DNA from: the human T2T-CHM13v2.0 reference genome, Homo sapiens
Length of the DNA stretch: 64,000 nt
Reading direction: 5' to 3' (one strand)
Assembly (NCBI RefSeq): GCF_009914755.1
Contig: NC_060932.1
Position numbers and translations under genes: made by a program. The notes beneath the pieces were generated by a model. It did no database searches and was not told the origin of the DNA. It saw only the letters and a program-made list of their open reading frames with translations. This document shows, piece after piece, positions 14,390 through 30,171 of the stretch. Positions within the stretch are counted from its first letter, which is position 1. Each line of letters opens with the position of its first letter.

Positions 14390-16440
14390 ACATGGAAAAA
14401 ATAAATTAATCTGTACATTTTAGTTCATTACAAGTTATCCTCCACAGAAAAATGATGTCCTTGGCTGATGTCATTGCAAACTGGGATACCATGGTGAAAG
14501 ACCGAGGAATTTCTTAAGTCACTTAATGATGGTTCTATTCAAAATATTTTCTGCAGGGTAAACAAATCTGTATCTAGAATACATATCCATTTCCATGAAA
14601 ATAAATTGTTGCCCACTCCATTGTAGAAAGAAAAGATATACTATACCTACTATCTGGTGACACATGGAAGTGGTGCAATATCTATAGAGTGATCATGATT
14701 TATAATCTCAAGTAGGGCATTGTTTGAGAAGAAAGGAAGTGTCTAATGGGTCAAAAGGGCAAGAAGCATAAACCACCAATCTTGGGGAAAATTTGAATGT
14801 CTGGTTACCCTATAAAGTGAGTGCTTAGCATTAGACTCTAATAAAGGCATTATTAGTATTTGATGGTAGCAGCGTCCTGTTTAGCTTGGTGAAGCATCTC
14901 CAAGTTGTAGAGTCCATGCACAATCTCCATTATTGATGCTATAGATCCTATGTGCACAGACGCATGAGGCAAGAGCCAGCCTTGCCAAGGAAATATGCTG
15001 ACCGAAATCCATATGCTCATCTTGTCCACCTAATTATTGAGTTTACCCCATGTGTTATTCCCTTTTATGGTCATTTAGTTTTTTCATAAATGTCTTCATT
15101 CACTATGCCCTTTTGAAGATGCTTATCCACATATCTTTTTAAAATATGCCACCTAACTTCCAGGAGTTGTTTTTTTTTTTCCATAGTCCCCAAGAAGCCA
15201 ATCCATTTGTAATCACTACAGGCAATGTCTTTTCCACTGCAAAATGGACATATGAAAACACTACCCCAATTCTTCCCACTTCAGATCACTCCACCTTATG
15301 AAGTAGTCCTACAGGGCTACCCCTGCATGGGACCGTCTTGCAGTAGCCCTTCTCTTCTAGTGACAGCAACACACTTCTAGGAGAAAGAATTTAATGGGGG
15401 TGGAGGTGCTGCAGATTCAAAATGTTATAGGAGTACAGAGGAGAGAAAGACGAAATAAGGCCAAGATAACCTGCCAAGGTCCCAAGACTTCACCTAAATG
15501 TTATAAACAGGAAGGATTTCTTTTTTTCCCACCCATCTTTGAAGCAGAACCTTGATTGATTCTTTTCAGTTGTGTTCACTGGCATCACGGAGCCGCACTT
15601 GAGACTACAGATGTGAGTTGTCGGGAAAACGGTGAAGCACAGGGGAGTTAACTGGAATGTGAACCACCTTCTCATGCAGGTTACCCATGCCTCACGGATT
15701 GGCTTTGGCCTGGTCTCACAGATCATTGTTGTTTAACCAAAAGCCTTTTTTTCAGGTAACACTCAGCTGGTGATAGTAGATTGAGGTTGCAGAGTCACTT
15801 GTCCTAGATCGGGCATTCAACATGGATTAGGACCCCGTCAACCAGAAGGTGCTTGTCAAAAGGAGAATCATTGTCCAAAAGAAATTATGGCTTTACTCCA
15901 AAACCCTGAAAGTCTCTCCGGAGATTCATGAATGGGGTCTTCCTAGACACGTTGCTGTGCCCTAGACGCTTCCAGTACTGTTAGATTTACTGGCACGTAA
16001 GGCTGAAGCAGCAGCAAAGTTTGTACCGTGCATGAATCTGCTGAGAGCACTTTCTAGCTACAGGCCCTGGATAAAACTTACAATCTTATGAGTTACCTAT
16101 ATTTACGTATAAGTAAGTGTATTACAACATCAAATGTGGTATATATTACCATCAAAATCCAGAGATTTATCAAGCATTGTGTCTCTTTCTTGGTTGTAAG
16201 GTACAAACTGCAGCAAGCTGTATCTCTCTGTAAAGGAATATCCTTATATGCACCCAGAACACTGGGCTGTTAGAACTTTGCCCATGTGGCAGACAATTGG
16301 ATTTCTGTGGGTTTTATTAGCAATCCTTTGACACAAACATGTCTCACTATATCCTCTAGGTTGCTGGTTACAACCTGTTCAGCAGGGGTGTTTAGAATAA
16401 CATCACTGACTGAAAGGACCAGTGTGATCTTCTTCAGAAT
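14390..16440 (-). mobile_element. Degraded ERVL internal fragments
   Basis: Antisense ERVL-like motifs (catcttgtccacctaattatt, tgtccttggctgatgtc); patchy. Confidence 0.5.
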
Positions 16441-16457
16441 ATCAAAACGAAAGTCTT

Positions 16458-16601
16458 TTTTTTCTTTATTTTATTTTATTATTATTGTATTTTAAGTTTT
16501 AGGGTACATGTGCACAATGTGCAAGTTAGTTACATATGTATACATGTGTCATGCTGGTGTGCTGCACCCATTAACTCGTCATTTAGCATTAGGTATATCT
16601 C
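16458..16601 (-). mobile_element. 5'-truncated young L1PA (L1PA3-like) 3' end
   Basis: L1PA 3'UTR plus T-rich tail; perfect 15-bp TSD caaaacgaaagtctt at 16443-16457 and 16602-16616. Confidence 0.95.
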
Positions 16602-16619
16602 CAAAACGAAAGTCTTAAA

Positions 16620-17025
16620 AGAAAGTCGTCTGAAGCAAATCTAAGATAGAAAATCACAGGCAGGATGCTTATTAGGAATTATCCACAGTATGTACAACAG
16701 TAAGAAATGAGACGGTAAGATATGGCAGAGAAAGCTGACTGGCAGTGTAGTTGCAACTGAGGTCTCAGCCAATTATGGAGAGCTCTGGCTGTGGGATGGC
16801 CCCTCAGTTGAGGCGTTTGTATCCGTGTATAGTCAGACATGGGTCTCAGCCACCTCCTGGATGGGGGTGTCACCTTAGGGTGGGGCAGCTCTCTGCTGTT
16901 AAGCAGCAGGCCCAGTGAGGGGCATGTCAATGAGTCGTCACAAACAATATTGCTAGCAGCTGTGTGATGGGTGCATTAGCCTTGGGGAAAGATTCTGGAT
17001 GAAGTATCACTTTATCCACTACAAG
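16620..17025 (-). mobile_element. ERVL LTR (LTR16-like)
   Basis: tcagccaat...gagctctggctgtgggatggcccctcag motif. Confidence 0.6.
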
Positions 17026-18494
17026 GAGAATACTGGAGAATTGCATTGTTAGATAATATCATTAAAATATACTGATATTGGAATAATGACTGCTGTATAG
17101 ATATCAGGGTGTTGATGTTAAAAAACAAAAGCATTACCAATGATAAAGCCAAATTTTATGTATTTGGCTTGTCAATTTCTGAATCTATATCCAAGCATAT
17201 TATCCCATTCAAATATTGCACCAGTACTACATTACAGTGAAGCCCCTGTGAGATCAGCAAATATAATTACACACAAAAAAATAAGATAGCGTTATTCGAG
17301 AGTTAGTGAAATGACAAGGATGAGCCTGCTATGGAAGATAGAGGCCTATTGCTGACTTCACTGTATTTTGTGTATCATGGGGTTCTACCATATCAACGAA
17401 AGTGTTCATTCATTATGCACTCACTGTGGGGCAGGTCTTGGGTTGGTGCTTTTCATAAATTATCTTAATTATCTTATCAAATTTATCAGCCCCATTTCAC
17501 ACCAAAGAAGCCTGATTCAGAGAAAGATTAATTAACATGCCCAAGGTTATACAACTTGTCAATAGAGATATAGATTTTATACCAGGAACTCCTATACTGA
17601 GACCAGGATTGAAATCTCTAATTTGTCCAGTAAAGATACAAGGAAGACAGACGGCCCCACGATAAAGAAAAATAAGTGAAATGTTTATTACAGATGGGAT
17701 TATTGATGGAGAAATTATTTGAAACCTATTAAGTGTTTGGCAGCAGCATCATCAGCATGCAAAGCCAACTCTTGCTGCCAGTGGCATAAACCAGGTGCCT
17801 GTGCCAACGTCTCCTCAGCAGGACCCCAGCCAACTGCAGGCCTCAGGGTGCATCTGCAGCCAGCTAATTTGCTGGATGAATTCTGCCCCCAAAGTGAGAA
17901 AATCATCTTCAGAAATGACCTAGAAGACCTTTTACAAAGTTATGTGGAACTGACCAGGTGGCAGAGTTTTTCAGGTGTCCATCTGCTCCTGTGTTCCAAG
18001 GATAGTCAGGATTCCAAAAATGTCTCTTGTTTAATGCATGCCATATTCTTCCCATGGAGTGCTTCAGTAATTAGTTTTTAACCCATTTATTACTACAAAA
18101 TGCAGAAGTGTATTGTGCCCTGTAAAGGGTCCATCTAGGCTTGGATTCTGAAAAATGTTTGAAATAAAATCTTTTAGGATTGTAATGCAATTAAATTAAG
18201 CAAATGGTGCAAGCAGTGGGACCCCTTTCAACAGCTTGGGGTATAAAAAGTCACTCTTTTTCTAGCCTAGACATACCCAGATCCCAGAGAAATTCCATAT
18301 GTCATGCTTAACCATGAACCTCAAAGGCATTGCCAATCTAACTGTAGAGGGCTTACTTCTAAATACCACATGAAGAGAACTAGGAGTAATCCAGGCACCC
18401 CACAGGGAAATTTCATCTTCCAGCTTCATCATTTTTGTTGCTGACCAACAGGATGACCTGTGACAATGTGTTTTTATCATCACGTTTTAGATGC

Positions 18495-18930
18495 TGTTTT
18501 GGGTTGCATTTGTCCTTCAGGAAGGTAAGTTGAAGTCTTCAACCCCGTATCTGTGAGTGTGACCTTATTTGAGAAAGAGGTCTTAGTACACATGATCAAG
18601 TTGAGATGAGGTCATATTGAATTAGGGTGAGCCTTCATCCAATATGATGGGTGTCCTTAGGAGAAGAAGAAAAAAGACACAGAGACACAGAAAGGAAAGC
18701 ATCATGTGATGACAGAGGCAGAAACTGGAACTACATCTTCATGTGCAAACCAGGGAGCCCCAGTGATTGAGCTAAGACAAAACATGGAACAGAGTCTCCC
18801 TTACAGCCTTCAGAGGAAGCATGCCCTGCGAATGCCTTGATTTCAGACTCTGGTTTCCAGAACTGTGGGTCAATAAGTTTCTGTGATTTTAAGCCATCCA
18901 GTTTGTGGAACTTTGTTAAGGGAGCCTCAG
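18495..18930 (+). mobile_element. MaLR LTR (MLT1B/C-like)
   Basis: gtgaccttatttg...gatgaggtcata...ttcagactctgg...aagccatccagtttgtgg. Confidence 0.85.
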
Positions 18931-19349
18931 ATGCCTTACTGCTCTGATCCAGCACAGAAGGAGGACTGGTGAAGATAATCTCACTCTCTCCAGTGTTAGA
19001 CAGGGCACAGCACTGCATCACAGAGCTACTGAGCTACTTCATTTATACTCACATTCTCAATACACCTTCCCCCCAACGCCACAAAAGAGCCCTTCCTGTG
19101 CTAGGAGCTGGGTTAGTGTGGGGGAAAGGTGGAGAAAGGGATTTCCTACCATGGCAAGTGAGCCTATGATATGCTGGGTCAGAACAGCCTCCCCGTACAA
19201 CCTCTGACAGAGTGGTTGGTCTCAAACATCATGTGTGTATGGTAACTGAGTGCTTGATAGGCATGCTGATTCCCAGGCCTCATCTCAGACTTTCTGATTC
19301 CAGCATTTGGGGATAAACCTCCTACTGCTGCTGAACTCTGCAGAGGGAT

Positions 19350-19693
19350 TGTATTAGTCCATCCTCACGCTGCTATAAGGAGATACCTGAGACTATGTAA
19401 TTTATAAAGGAAAGAAGTTTAATAGACTCACAGTTCCACGTGGCTGGGGAGGCCTCACAATCATGGCTGAAGGCAAATGAGGAGCAAAGTCACATCTTAC
19501 ATGGCAGCAGGCAAGAGAGCTTATGCAGAATAACTCCCATTTATAAAACCATCAAATCTCATGACACTTATTCACTACCATGAGAACAGTATGGAGGAAA
19601 CCACCCCCATGATTCAATTACCTCCACCTGGCCCCACCCTTGACACGTGGGGATTATTACAATTCAAGTTGAAATTTGGGTGAAATTGTATCA
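19350..19693 (-). mobile_element. THE1-family solo LTR inserted into a MER5-like DNA transposon fragment
   Basis: tgtattagtcc...gactcacagttccacgtggctggggaggcctcacaatcatgg; MER5-like flanks at ~19205-19310 and ~19694-19740. Confidence 0.88.
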
Positions 19694-20539
19694 GTGATTC
19701 TCATGCATAGTGTCCATGGTACACACTCTGAATAGCAATCCTCTTGGATTTGTTAATGAGCTATGTTTGCTCACCCAGAAGGCCTCTTCCCACCCAGTCT
19801 GTCTACTGCTAGCAGACCTCCAACAGCCCTCTGCACCACTGCCTGCTGACTGATGGGGTGCTTGCCTTAGTCCCCCTGGTGAGTCAGAACAGAAAGAACA
19901 TGGCAGCATGGGCACAGGTATTTGGCCATATTTAGGGAGAACACACACACTTCTCTAATCCGTGGAGACGGCAGCAAAGAGGTGAAGTCAGTGTGTCTTT
20001 AGTTTTAAAATCTGTGTAATTTGACCTTATGGTACAATGTTGCATACTTTATGTATTCGCTAGTTTGTGTGTATTTTTTTACCATTTAAAACTGGGAATG
20101 CTGATTTCTGGCCAGCACCACATGTCCAGTGTGCAGCAAGATATGTCACTTTACAAAGGGCTGAGATCACAGCCCCAGGAACCCTCCAGCTTGGTTAACT
20201 ATTGGATGCAGAACACTCACATAAATGTCTATTTTCATTACATTTCTTCATTCATTACATTCTCCAATGTGGGCTAATCATTATAACCAGCTGATTTTCT
20301 TCATGGCTGGAAATGATTGTCTCAATATCTTCATGCCCAGTGTCCAATCTTTGGGCACTGGTGACAGTTCTGAGCTTCAGTCCTTGATGGGAATAGCTGA
20401 AAAGTATCATGGCTGTTTCTGTAATATACTTCACTCAACAAAATGTTATAAAAGCAGACTAAAACACCTATGAACATAAATAACTATACTACAATGCAAA
20501 AACAAAATGCAACATTAAAAATACTAAAAGGTATGAGAG

Positions 20540-21275
20540 TAGGGCATTTGGAGTCATACAGAATGGGGGTCTTTTCAAGCTGGCTCCTTTCCCTTAGCCA
20601 TAAGCATTTAAGGTTCCTCATGTTGTCTTGAGGCCTGATAGCTCATTCCTATTGTTTCCATATAATACTCCATTGCAGGGATGTACCACAGTTTGCCTAT
20701 CTATTTGCCTATGAAAAGATATCTTAATTGTTTCCAGTTTTTGGAAGATTTATGAATAAATCTGCCATAAACCTCTGTGTATAAGTTTTTGTGTGGATGT
20801 AAGTGTTCAACTCATTTCAGAAAATAACTAGGAGCACAATTGCTGGATTATATGGTAACATTATATTTCGCTGCCAAATGTCTTCCAAAATGGCTGCACC
20901 ATTTTGCATTTCTAGCAACCATGAGTAAGAGGTCTTTCTGTTCTGAGTCCTTGTCAATATTTGATATTGTCATTTTTTGGATTTTAGCCATTAAAATATG
21001 TATGTAGTGATATCTCATTATTGTCTCACTTTGCAATTCTCTGATTACAAATAATATTTGACATCTTTTTCATATGCTTATTTGCCACCTGTATATTATC
21101 TTTGGAAAGGTGTCTGTTCAGGTCTTTTGCCAGTTTTTTAAAATTGGGTGTCTGTTTGCTTATTTCTTTAGTTTTAAGAGTTCTCTGCATATTTCGGATA
21201 AAAGTCTTTATCAAGTGTAAGTTTTGCAAATACTTTATTTCAACCTGTGACTTGTTTTTTAATTTTCTTAATGAC
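20540..21275 (-). mobile_element. Old L1M fragment (ORF2 C-terminus/3'UTR)
   Basis: Minus ORFs give L1 ORF2-like peptides (AKDLNRHLSKDNIQVANKHMKK; TIMRYHY). Confidence 0.85.
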
Positions 21276-21619
21276 TCTTCCTTTTTTTAACGTTGACAAT
21301 TTTCATACGTGAAATTAAAATATGTTTCTAAAGGAAGTAAGCAGAAGTACTGTGCTCTACTCTGAAGTCTGATTTCTCTTCCTTATTCCCTCATTCCCCA
21401 CAGGGCTATTGCCATGAATCTCTTCCTCCTCCTGCTTTAAGGTTCATTCAGCTCACTGTTACCTCCTCCCTGAAGCCACCACAGCTCCTCTTATTTCTCC
21501 CTAGCAGTAAGGCAGCAATAGATTCCCTTTCCTATGTTCTTCTAACACCCTGTGTCTCCCTTCCTCTTTATCTGTCTGAAATCACAATTATATTATGATT
21601 TTTTGTTAGTGAACTGATT

Positions 21620-21811
21620 TTACCTCCTTCTTGAGTGCTGTCATGATGCTCAAAGGAAAGGCTGATTAGTCTAGGCACTTTGGATTTTGGGTTTTCAGAT
21701 TCGGAATTATCAACTGTTAAGTATATTGCACATATTCCAAAAATCTGAAAACCTCCAAAATCCAAAACTTTGTCTCATTACAAGCATTTCTAATAAGGGA
21801 TACCCAACCTG
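21620..21811 (+). mobile_element. Tigger4/MER46-like DNA transposon fragment
   Basis: gcactttggatttt...caagcatttc...ataagggatacccaacctg terminal motif; strand uncertain. Confidence 0.75.
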
Positions 21812-22965
21812 CACAGAGTGAGCAATTGCTGGGTAGGTTTCCTACAAATGAATTGTAAGTGTGTGAGTTACTGAGGTGCATGCACACATATCCACATAAG
21901 GTTCCATTTGGAGGAACAAAGTTATATTTTAAAAAGTAAGTTGGAAAACCACTATAGTTAACTATCCAAATATCACTCTCAATTATCAGATTGCAATGCA
22001 TGACTATACCCCAGGGTTGTGTGAGCTGATATATTTAAAGCTGTATCTAAGGGCTAAAACCCAGCAGGCACTAGATAATAGTGGTGGGTTCTAACTTGGT
22101 TTCTAGGTTCCCATTGGCTCAAATGGAGCTTTACCTACTCCCTGTGCCATTAATTCTGTGGTTTTGGCGAGACCCTCTCCGCAAAAAAAGTTGCAACCAA
22201 TAGGACAAAGGGTATAACTGAGGCAGGAAGAGTAAGAAGCGCAGAGCACAGGTTGATCCAGATGCCAGAAGTATCAAAGGATTAAGTATCAAGAAGTACC
22301 AAAGTATCAAGGAGTGTCAAAGGAGTAACAAACGGGTATCACAGCAAGAGTTGGGGGAAGGGTGGAGTTAGGATGGACCTGACACTCAGTCACGTTTGGG
22401 ACTCTTGCCCAGGTGTGGCTGTAAATAATGTTCATGCTTCAAGCAAGTTATTCATCTGTGTTTCTAACTTTCTCCTTTCAAAAATAAATATAGAATTTTA
22501 TGAAGCATATTGCCTACAAACCCAGCATCCAAGGCTATTGTTCATCCAGGTAATCCCTCTTTCCTCCTAACTACTCATTTTCCAAATAATAAGCATGAAA
22601 TATTCATCATCACTTTCTATTTTTTAAATTTGTTTTTAGAAAGGAGCCTAATCATGTATGGTTATGCAATTTCAAGTACTCATGGACTCCCACAGCTGGG
22701 ATTAGAAAACCTTAGAAATCATACAGCCCAGATACTCCCATTACACATAAGGAATCTGAGGATCAGAGTTTACACAATTTATCAAAAATGCAATGCTGCT
22801 GACTTGGGGAGCCAAGAGGAGAATCTGTGACCCCTGACTCTCGGGCCACAGACTTCCTAGCTTATCGTACATTGCTTTGGATTCGTGTGGCAACCAGAGG
22901 AGGCTGTAACATTTTAGTTTCTACCTGGCATTCTAAGTCACTTCTTAACACAGGACTTACCATAG

Positions 22966-25170
<2,205 letters not shown>

Positions 25171-25203
25171 GAAAATCTGCAACAGTTGAATCAAAAAGAA
25201 AAT

Positions 25204-25396
25204 GTAAAATTGTTTGGGTTCTTGTTTCTATATATATACACAAACACACATACTATGTACATATACACACACATACTATATATAGAGTATATATTCTTTT
25301 TACTATATATATGGTGTGTGTGTGTGCATATACATTCCTATACATATATAATTATTACTATATACATAAACTAACAAGAACCTAAACAATTTTTAC
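25204..25396. repeat. Fold-back palindrome around a (TA)/(CA)/(TG) microsatellite
   Basis: aaaattgtttgggttcttgtt pairs with aacaagaacctaaacaatttt (20 of 21). Confidence 0.8.
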
Positions 25397-26109
25397 TAGA
25401 ATAATAAGAATGTTTATATGAGCAAACCTATATGCCCTTTAATTTTATCAATAATGAATTGTTTACTTATGGGCCTTAAATATCTTGTGAGTCAAAAAGC
25501 CAATGTTTAAATATTTATATAAAATTAAAAGCAAGCAAGACAAAAAAATAGATTTAGAAAGAAAGAATATCCCACTCAGAATAAGCAGTCTCGATCAAAT
25601 ACTCACAAGAAAAAGACTTTTGTGAAAATGTAGCTACTTTGGTGTGAAGAAAGTATTGAGCAAAAGAGAAGGGTGGTAGGATTGATCCATTCCTAAATGA
25701 CCAATTTTAGTCAAAATGTACTACATCACATTCAACCTAAATTGTCCCTAAGGTTTCATTACTCAATAATTTTTGCCAAGTGTAGAGTGACCTTTAAAAA
25801 TTCTGAATGAGTCATTTTCAAGTTCAGGGGACACTAGACAGGTAAGCTTAATCAAAAGTTCATACTATGAAGACCCGCAACTTTGTATTGTATTTTATCA
25901 ACCTCCATAGACAGGTAGTCACAAAACTCAAAGTGATCCTTGACAATTAATATTAATAAGAATATATTTTTAAGTTGGAACAAATATAAAACATCCAAAA
26001 GGACCAGAAGAATGCAAGATACCAAGTAACAAAGAAACCACCAAAAACTCTGGAAGTAATCATGGAAAACTGCATCGCGCTTCTCATTCCTGTTCCCTCA
26101 AAATTCTAG

Positions 26110-26335
26110 AAGGAGAAAGAAACAAAGAAAGAGGGAAGGGAAGGGAAGGGAAGGGAAGTGGAGGGGAGCGGAGGAGAGGGGAGAAGAGTGGAGGGGAGAG
26201 GAGGGGAGGGGAGAGGGGAGGGGAGGGGTAGGGGAGAGGAGGGGAGGGGAGAGGATGGGAGGGGAGAGGAGGGGAGGAGAGGGGGGAGGGGAGGGGAGGG
26301 AAGGGAAGTTGGGGAGTACACTGGGGGCATTCCCT
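26110..26335. repeat. GA-rich low-complexity tract (GGAAG/GGAGG/GGGGA)
   Basis: Directly visible polypurine run. Confidence 0.95.
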
Positions 26336-27333
26336 GAATTACTCCTCACTTGTCACCTGAATGGGCTGATGTGCTTCACAGTTTTACATCAGCCCTTCCT
26401 AAAGCTGCCTGAAGGTTGTAATAGATTAATCTCCACGGCCACATCCTATTTTTTATGGTTACTGTTTTTTAATAAAAAGTTTTGTACTGATACATAATAT
26501 TTGTACTTAATTTTTTATTGATACATAATATTTGTACTTATACAAGTGTGTACACGTGACATTTTGTTACATGTCTAGAATGTGTAATGACCAAGTCAGA
26601 GCATTTAGGGTATTCATCACCTCCGGTATTTATCATTTCTATGTACGTATAACATTTTAAGTCCTCACTTCCGCCTATTTTGAAATGTACAAGACATTTG
26701 TTGTTAACTATACTTACTCTACTCTGCTATTGGACAAAAGAACTTTTTCCTTCTATCTAATGGTAACATTTTACCCTTTGGCCAAACTCCTCTTATCTCC
26801 ACACCTAACACACACACCCTTCTCAGCCTCTGCTATCTATCATTCTACTGTCTACCTCCATAAAATCAACTTTTTAGCTCTCACATCTGAGTGAGAACAT
26901 ATGATATTTGTCTTTCTGTGCCTGTCTTATTTAACATAATGACCTCCAGTTTCATCCATAGTGCTGAAAATGACACGATTTTATTATTTCTATAATAAAT
27001 ATATTATAAAATTAAAATAGCCAAATAGTATTCCATTGAATACACATACCGGATTTTTCTTCATTCATCCATTGATGGACACTTAGTCTTATTCCATATC
27101 TTTGCTATTGTGAATAGTGCTGCCATAAACATGAGGGTGCAGGTATCCCTTTAATATACGGATTTCTTTTTCTTTTGGATAAATACCCAGTAGTAGGATT
27201 ACTAGATTGCATGGTATTTCTATTTTTAATTTTTTGAGAAATCTCTATACTGTTTTCTATACAGACTGTACTAATTTGCATTCCCATCAATAGTGTATTA
27301 AGAGCTCCCTTTTCCATGTCTCACCAGCATCTG

Positions 27334-27793
<460 letters not shown>

Positions 27794-30171
27794 TTTAATA
27801 ATAACCATTCTAACTGGGGTAAGATGATATCTCATTGTTGCTTTGATTTGCATTTTCCTGATTACTAATGATGCTGGACATTTTTTCATAGAACTGTGGC
27901 CATATGTGTGTATACTGAGAAATATCTATTCATGTCCTTTGCCCACTTTTTAGTGGGATTATTTGTTTTTTTTGCTGTTGAGTTCCTTGTATATTCTGGA
28001 TATTGGTTCTTTGTTAGATGAATAGTTTAAAAATATTTTCTCCTATTCACAAGATTGTCTTTTCACCCTGTTGATTTTTTATTTTGCTGTGCAGGAGCTT
28101 TTTAGTTTAATACCGTCCCATTTATCTACTTTTGTTTTGGTTGCCTATGTTTTTGAGGTGTTAGCCATAAATTCTTTGCCCTGACCAATGTCCTGAAGTG
28201 TTTCCCCTATGTTTCTTCTAGTGGTTTTATAGGTTTGGGTCTTGACATTCAGTCTTTAAACTATCCTAAGTAGATTTTTTTATATAGTGAGAGATAGGGG
28301 TCCAGTTTCATTCTTCTACATATGAACATCTAATTTTCCCAGCACCATTTGTTGAATAGAGTGTCTTTCCCCAGTGTATGTTCTTGGCACCTTCGTCAAA
28401 AATTAGTTGGCTCTAAATACATAGATTTATTTCTGGGTTTTCTATTCTGTTCTATGAGTCTTTGTTTTTACACCAATACCATGCTGTTTTAGTTACCTTA
28501 GCCTTGTAATATATTTTGAAGTCAGGTAGTGTGATGCCTCTGGCTTTGTTTTGTTTTGTTGTTTTGTTTTGTTTGTTGTTGTTGTTTGCTGAGAATTGCC
28601 TTGGCTATTTAGGCTCTTTTTTGTTTCATATAAATTTTACTAGTTTTTTTCTATTTCTGTGAAAACCAACATCAGTATTTTGATAGGGATTGCATTGAAT
28701 CTATAGGTTGCTTTGGGTAGGATATTCATTTTAATGATATGAGTTTGTGTGATCCATAACCATGGATGTCTTTTCATTTGTTTGTGTCTTTTTCAATTTT
28801 GTTCATCAGTGTTTTGTTGTATTATGACCAGAATTAAAGATGCATATTGAGGAAATGTCCTTACAATTTTAAGAGTCCTTTACTGTGGACAAACAGAGGC
28901 TACTACATGGAAAGTGCTCATCCTCTCCTGTTGGATATGGCTTGTAAGAGCAGGAAGCAACATTTCTTGGAGGTTTATTATAATCCTCTTCCCTGCACTG
29001 TACATTCTTAAACATATATTGGACATGCCCTAGTAATGCCAGGGCCTTTGCCATTCTCAGTCTTAGAATACTGTAGATCTGGTGTCCTAAGTTTAATGAT
29101 GGGCTAATAAGGACTAGCAACCATCTATTAGATAACAGATACAACAACTGAGCTGACCCCAACAGACTTTCAAGCGCCTGCCTGCCAGCCATCACTGGTG
29201 GGCAGCACAGGGAAGGTGATGCAGATGGCTTTCCCAGCAGGTATATAATCTGAGTCCTTAGCTGTCTCTTGCAAGTCTCCCAATGACTGACAATACCATG
29301 CTTGTTGCCTAGAAAGGTACTGTCAGAACCTGTCCTGTGAGATGTGATATTAAGGTAAAGAAAGATGGAAGTAATCTAGAGGCCAGAAATGAGCAAAATT
29401 GGCGAGATAATTTATCTGTCTTCTACTTAACAATCATATGAATCCCTTCAAGTTCTGGGTTGTCAGTGGGAGCCCATCCTTAGGATCTCAGATAGAGGAA
29501 AAAATTCCAAGGTAATTAAATTTATGTTTATGTGGAGCTCAGTGATCATAGTGGTTTTCCAGATGACCTATTCCCTGGTTAATTAACTCCTATGGATTAG
29601 CAGAAGCATATGGCTATACAAAACTATTTGGAATGTACATTTGTCACCTGGTTGATATTACATGATGGTTATATCTATTAGAAATGAAAAAGTGGATTAA
29701 TTTTAACACCTCAATGATAATTTAAAAATAAAATCCATGTTAAACTGTTGAATAAGAAGTGCCACTAATATATCCAGCTGTCTACTCCAAGAGAATTTAT
29801 AACATAAAAATTTCATGGGTACATTACCTTGACTAACAAGGTAAAGACAGCTTGAATTGAAAGGTGTGGGAATTGTCAATACTTTTGAAGAGGCATTGCA
29901 TATTTAAAGGTAATTTCCAAATAGCAATAGATATCTTAGCAAAGTTCCTGAGAACTTACTGGAGTGTGGTCATATAACACCATCAAATGCAGTCGTCTTA
30001 GCCCAAGTTCATATACCAATCCCACATATGAAGGGTTTTCCCTTGAAATAAGGTGATGTTGTTTGTTCTGTCAACCCCCATCCAACATGAAAAGAATGAA
30101 CCACTTTTTAAATCTGTTCTATAAGGGAACACGTTTCCCTAATGAATGCTTTGGTCATTGAAAAAAGCTGC

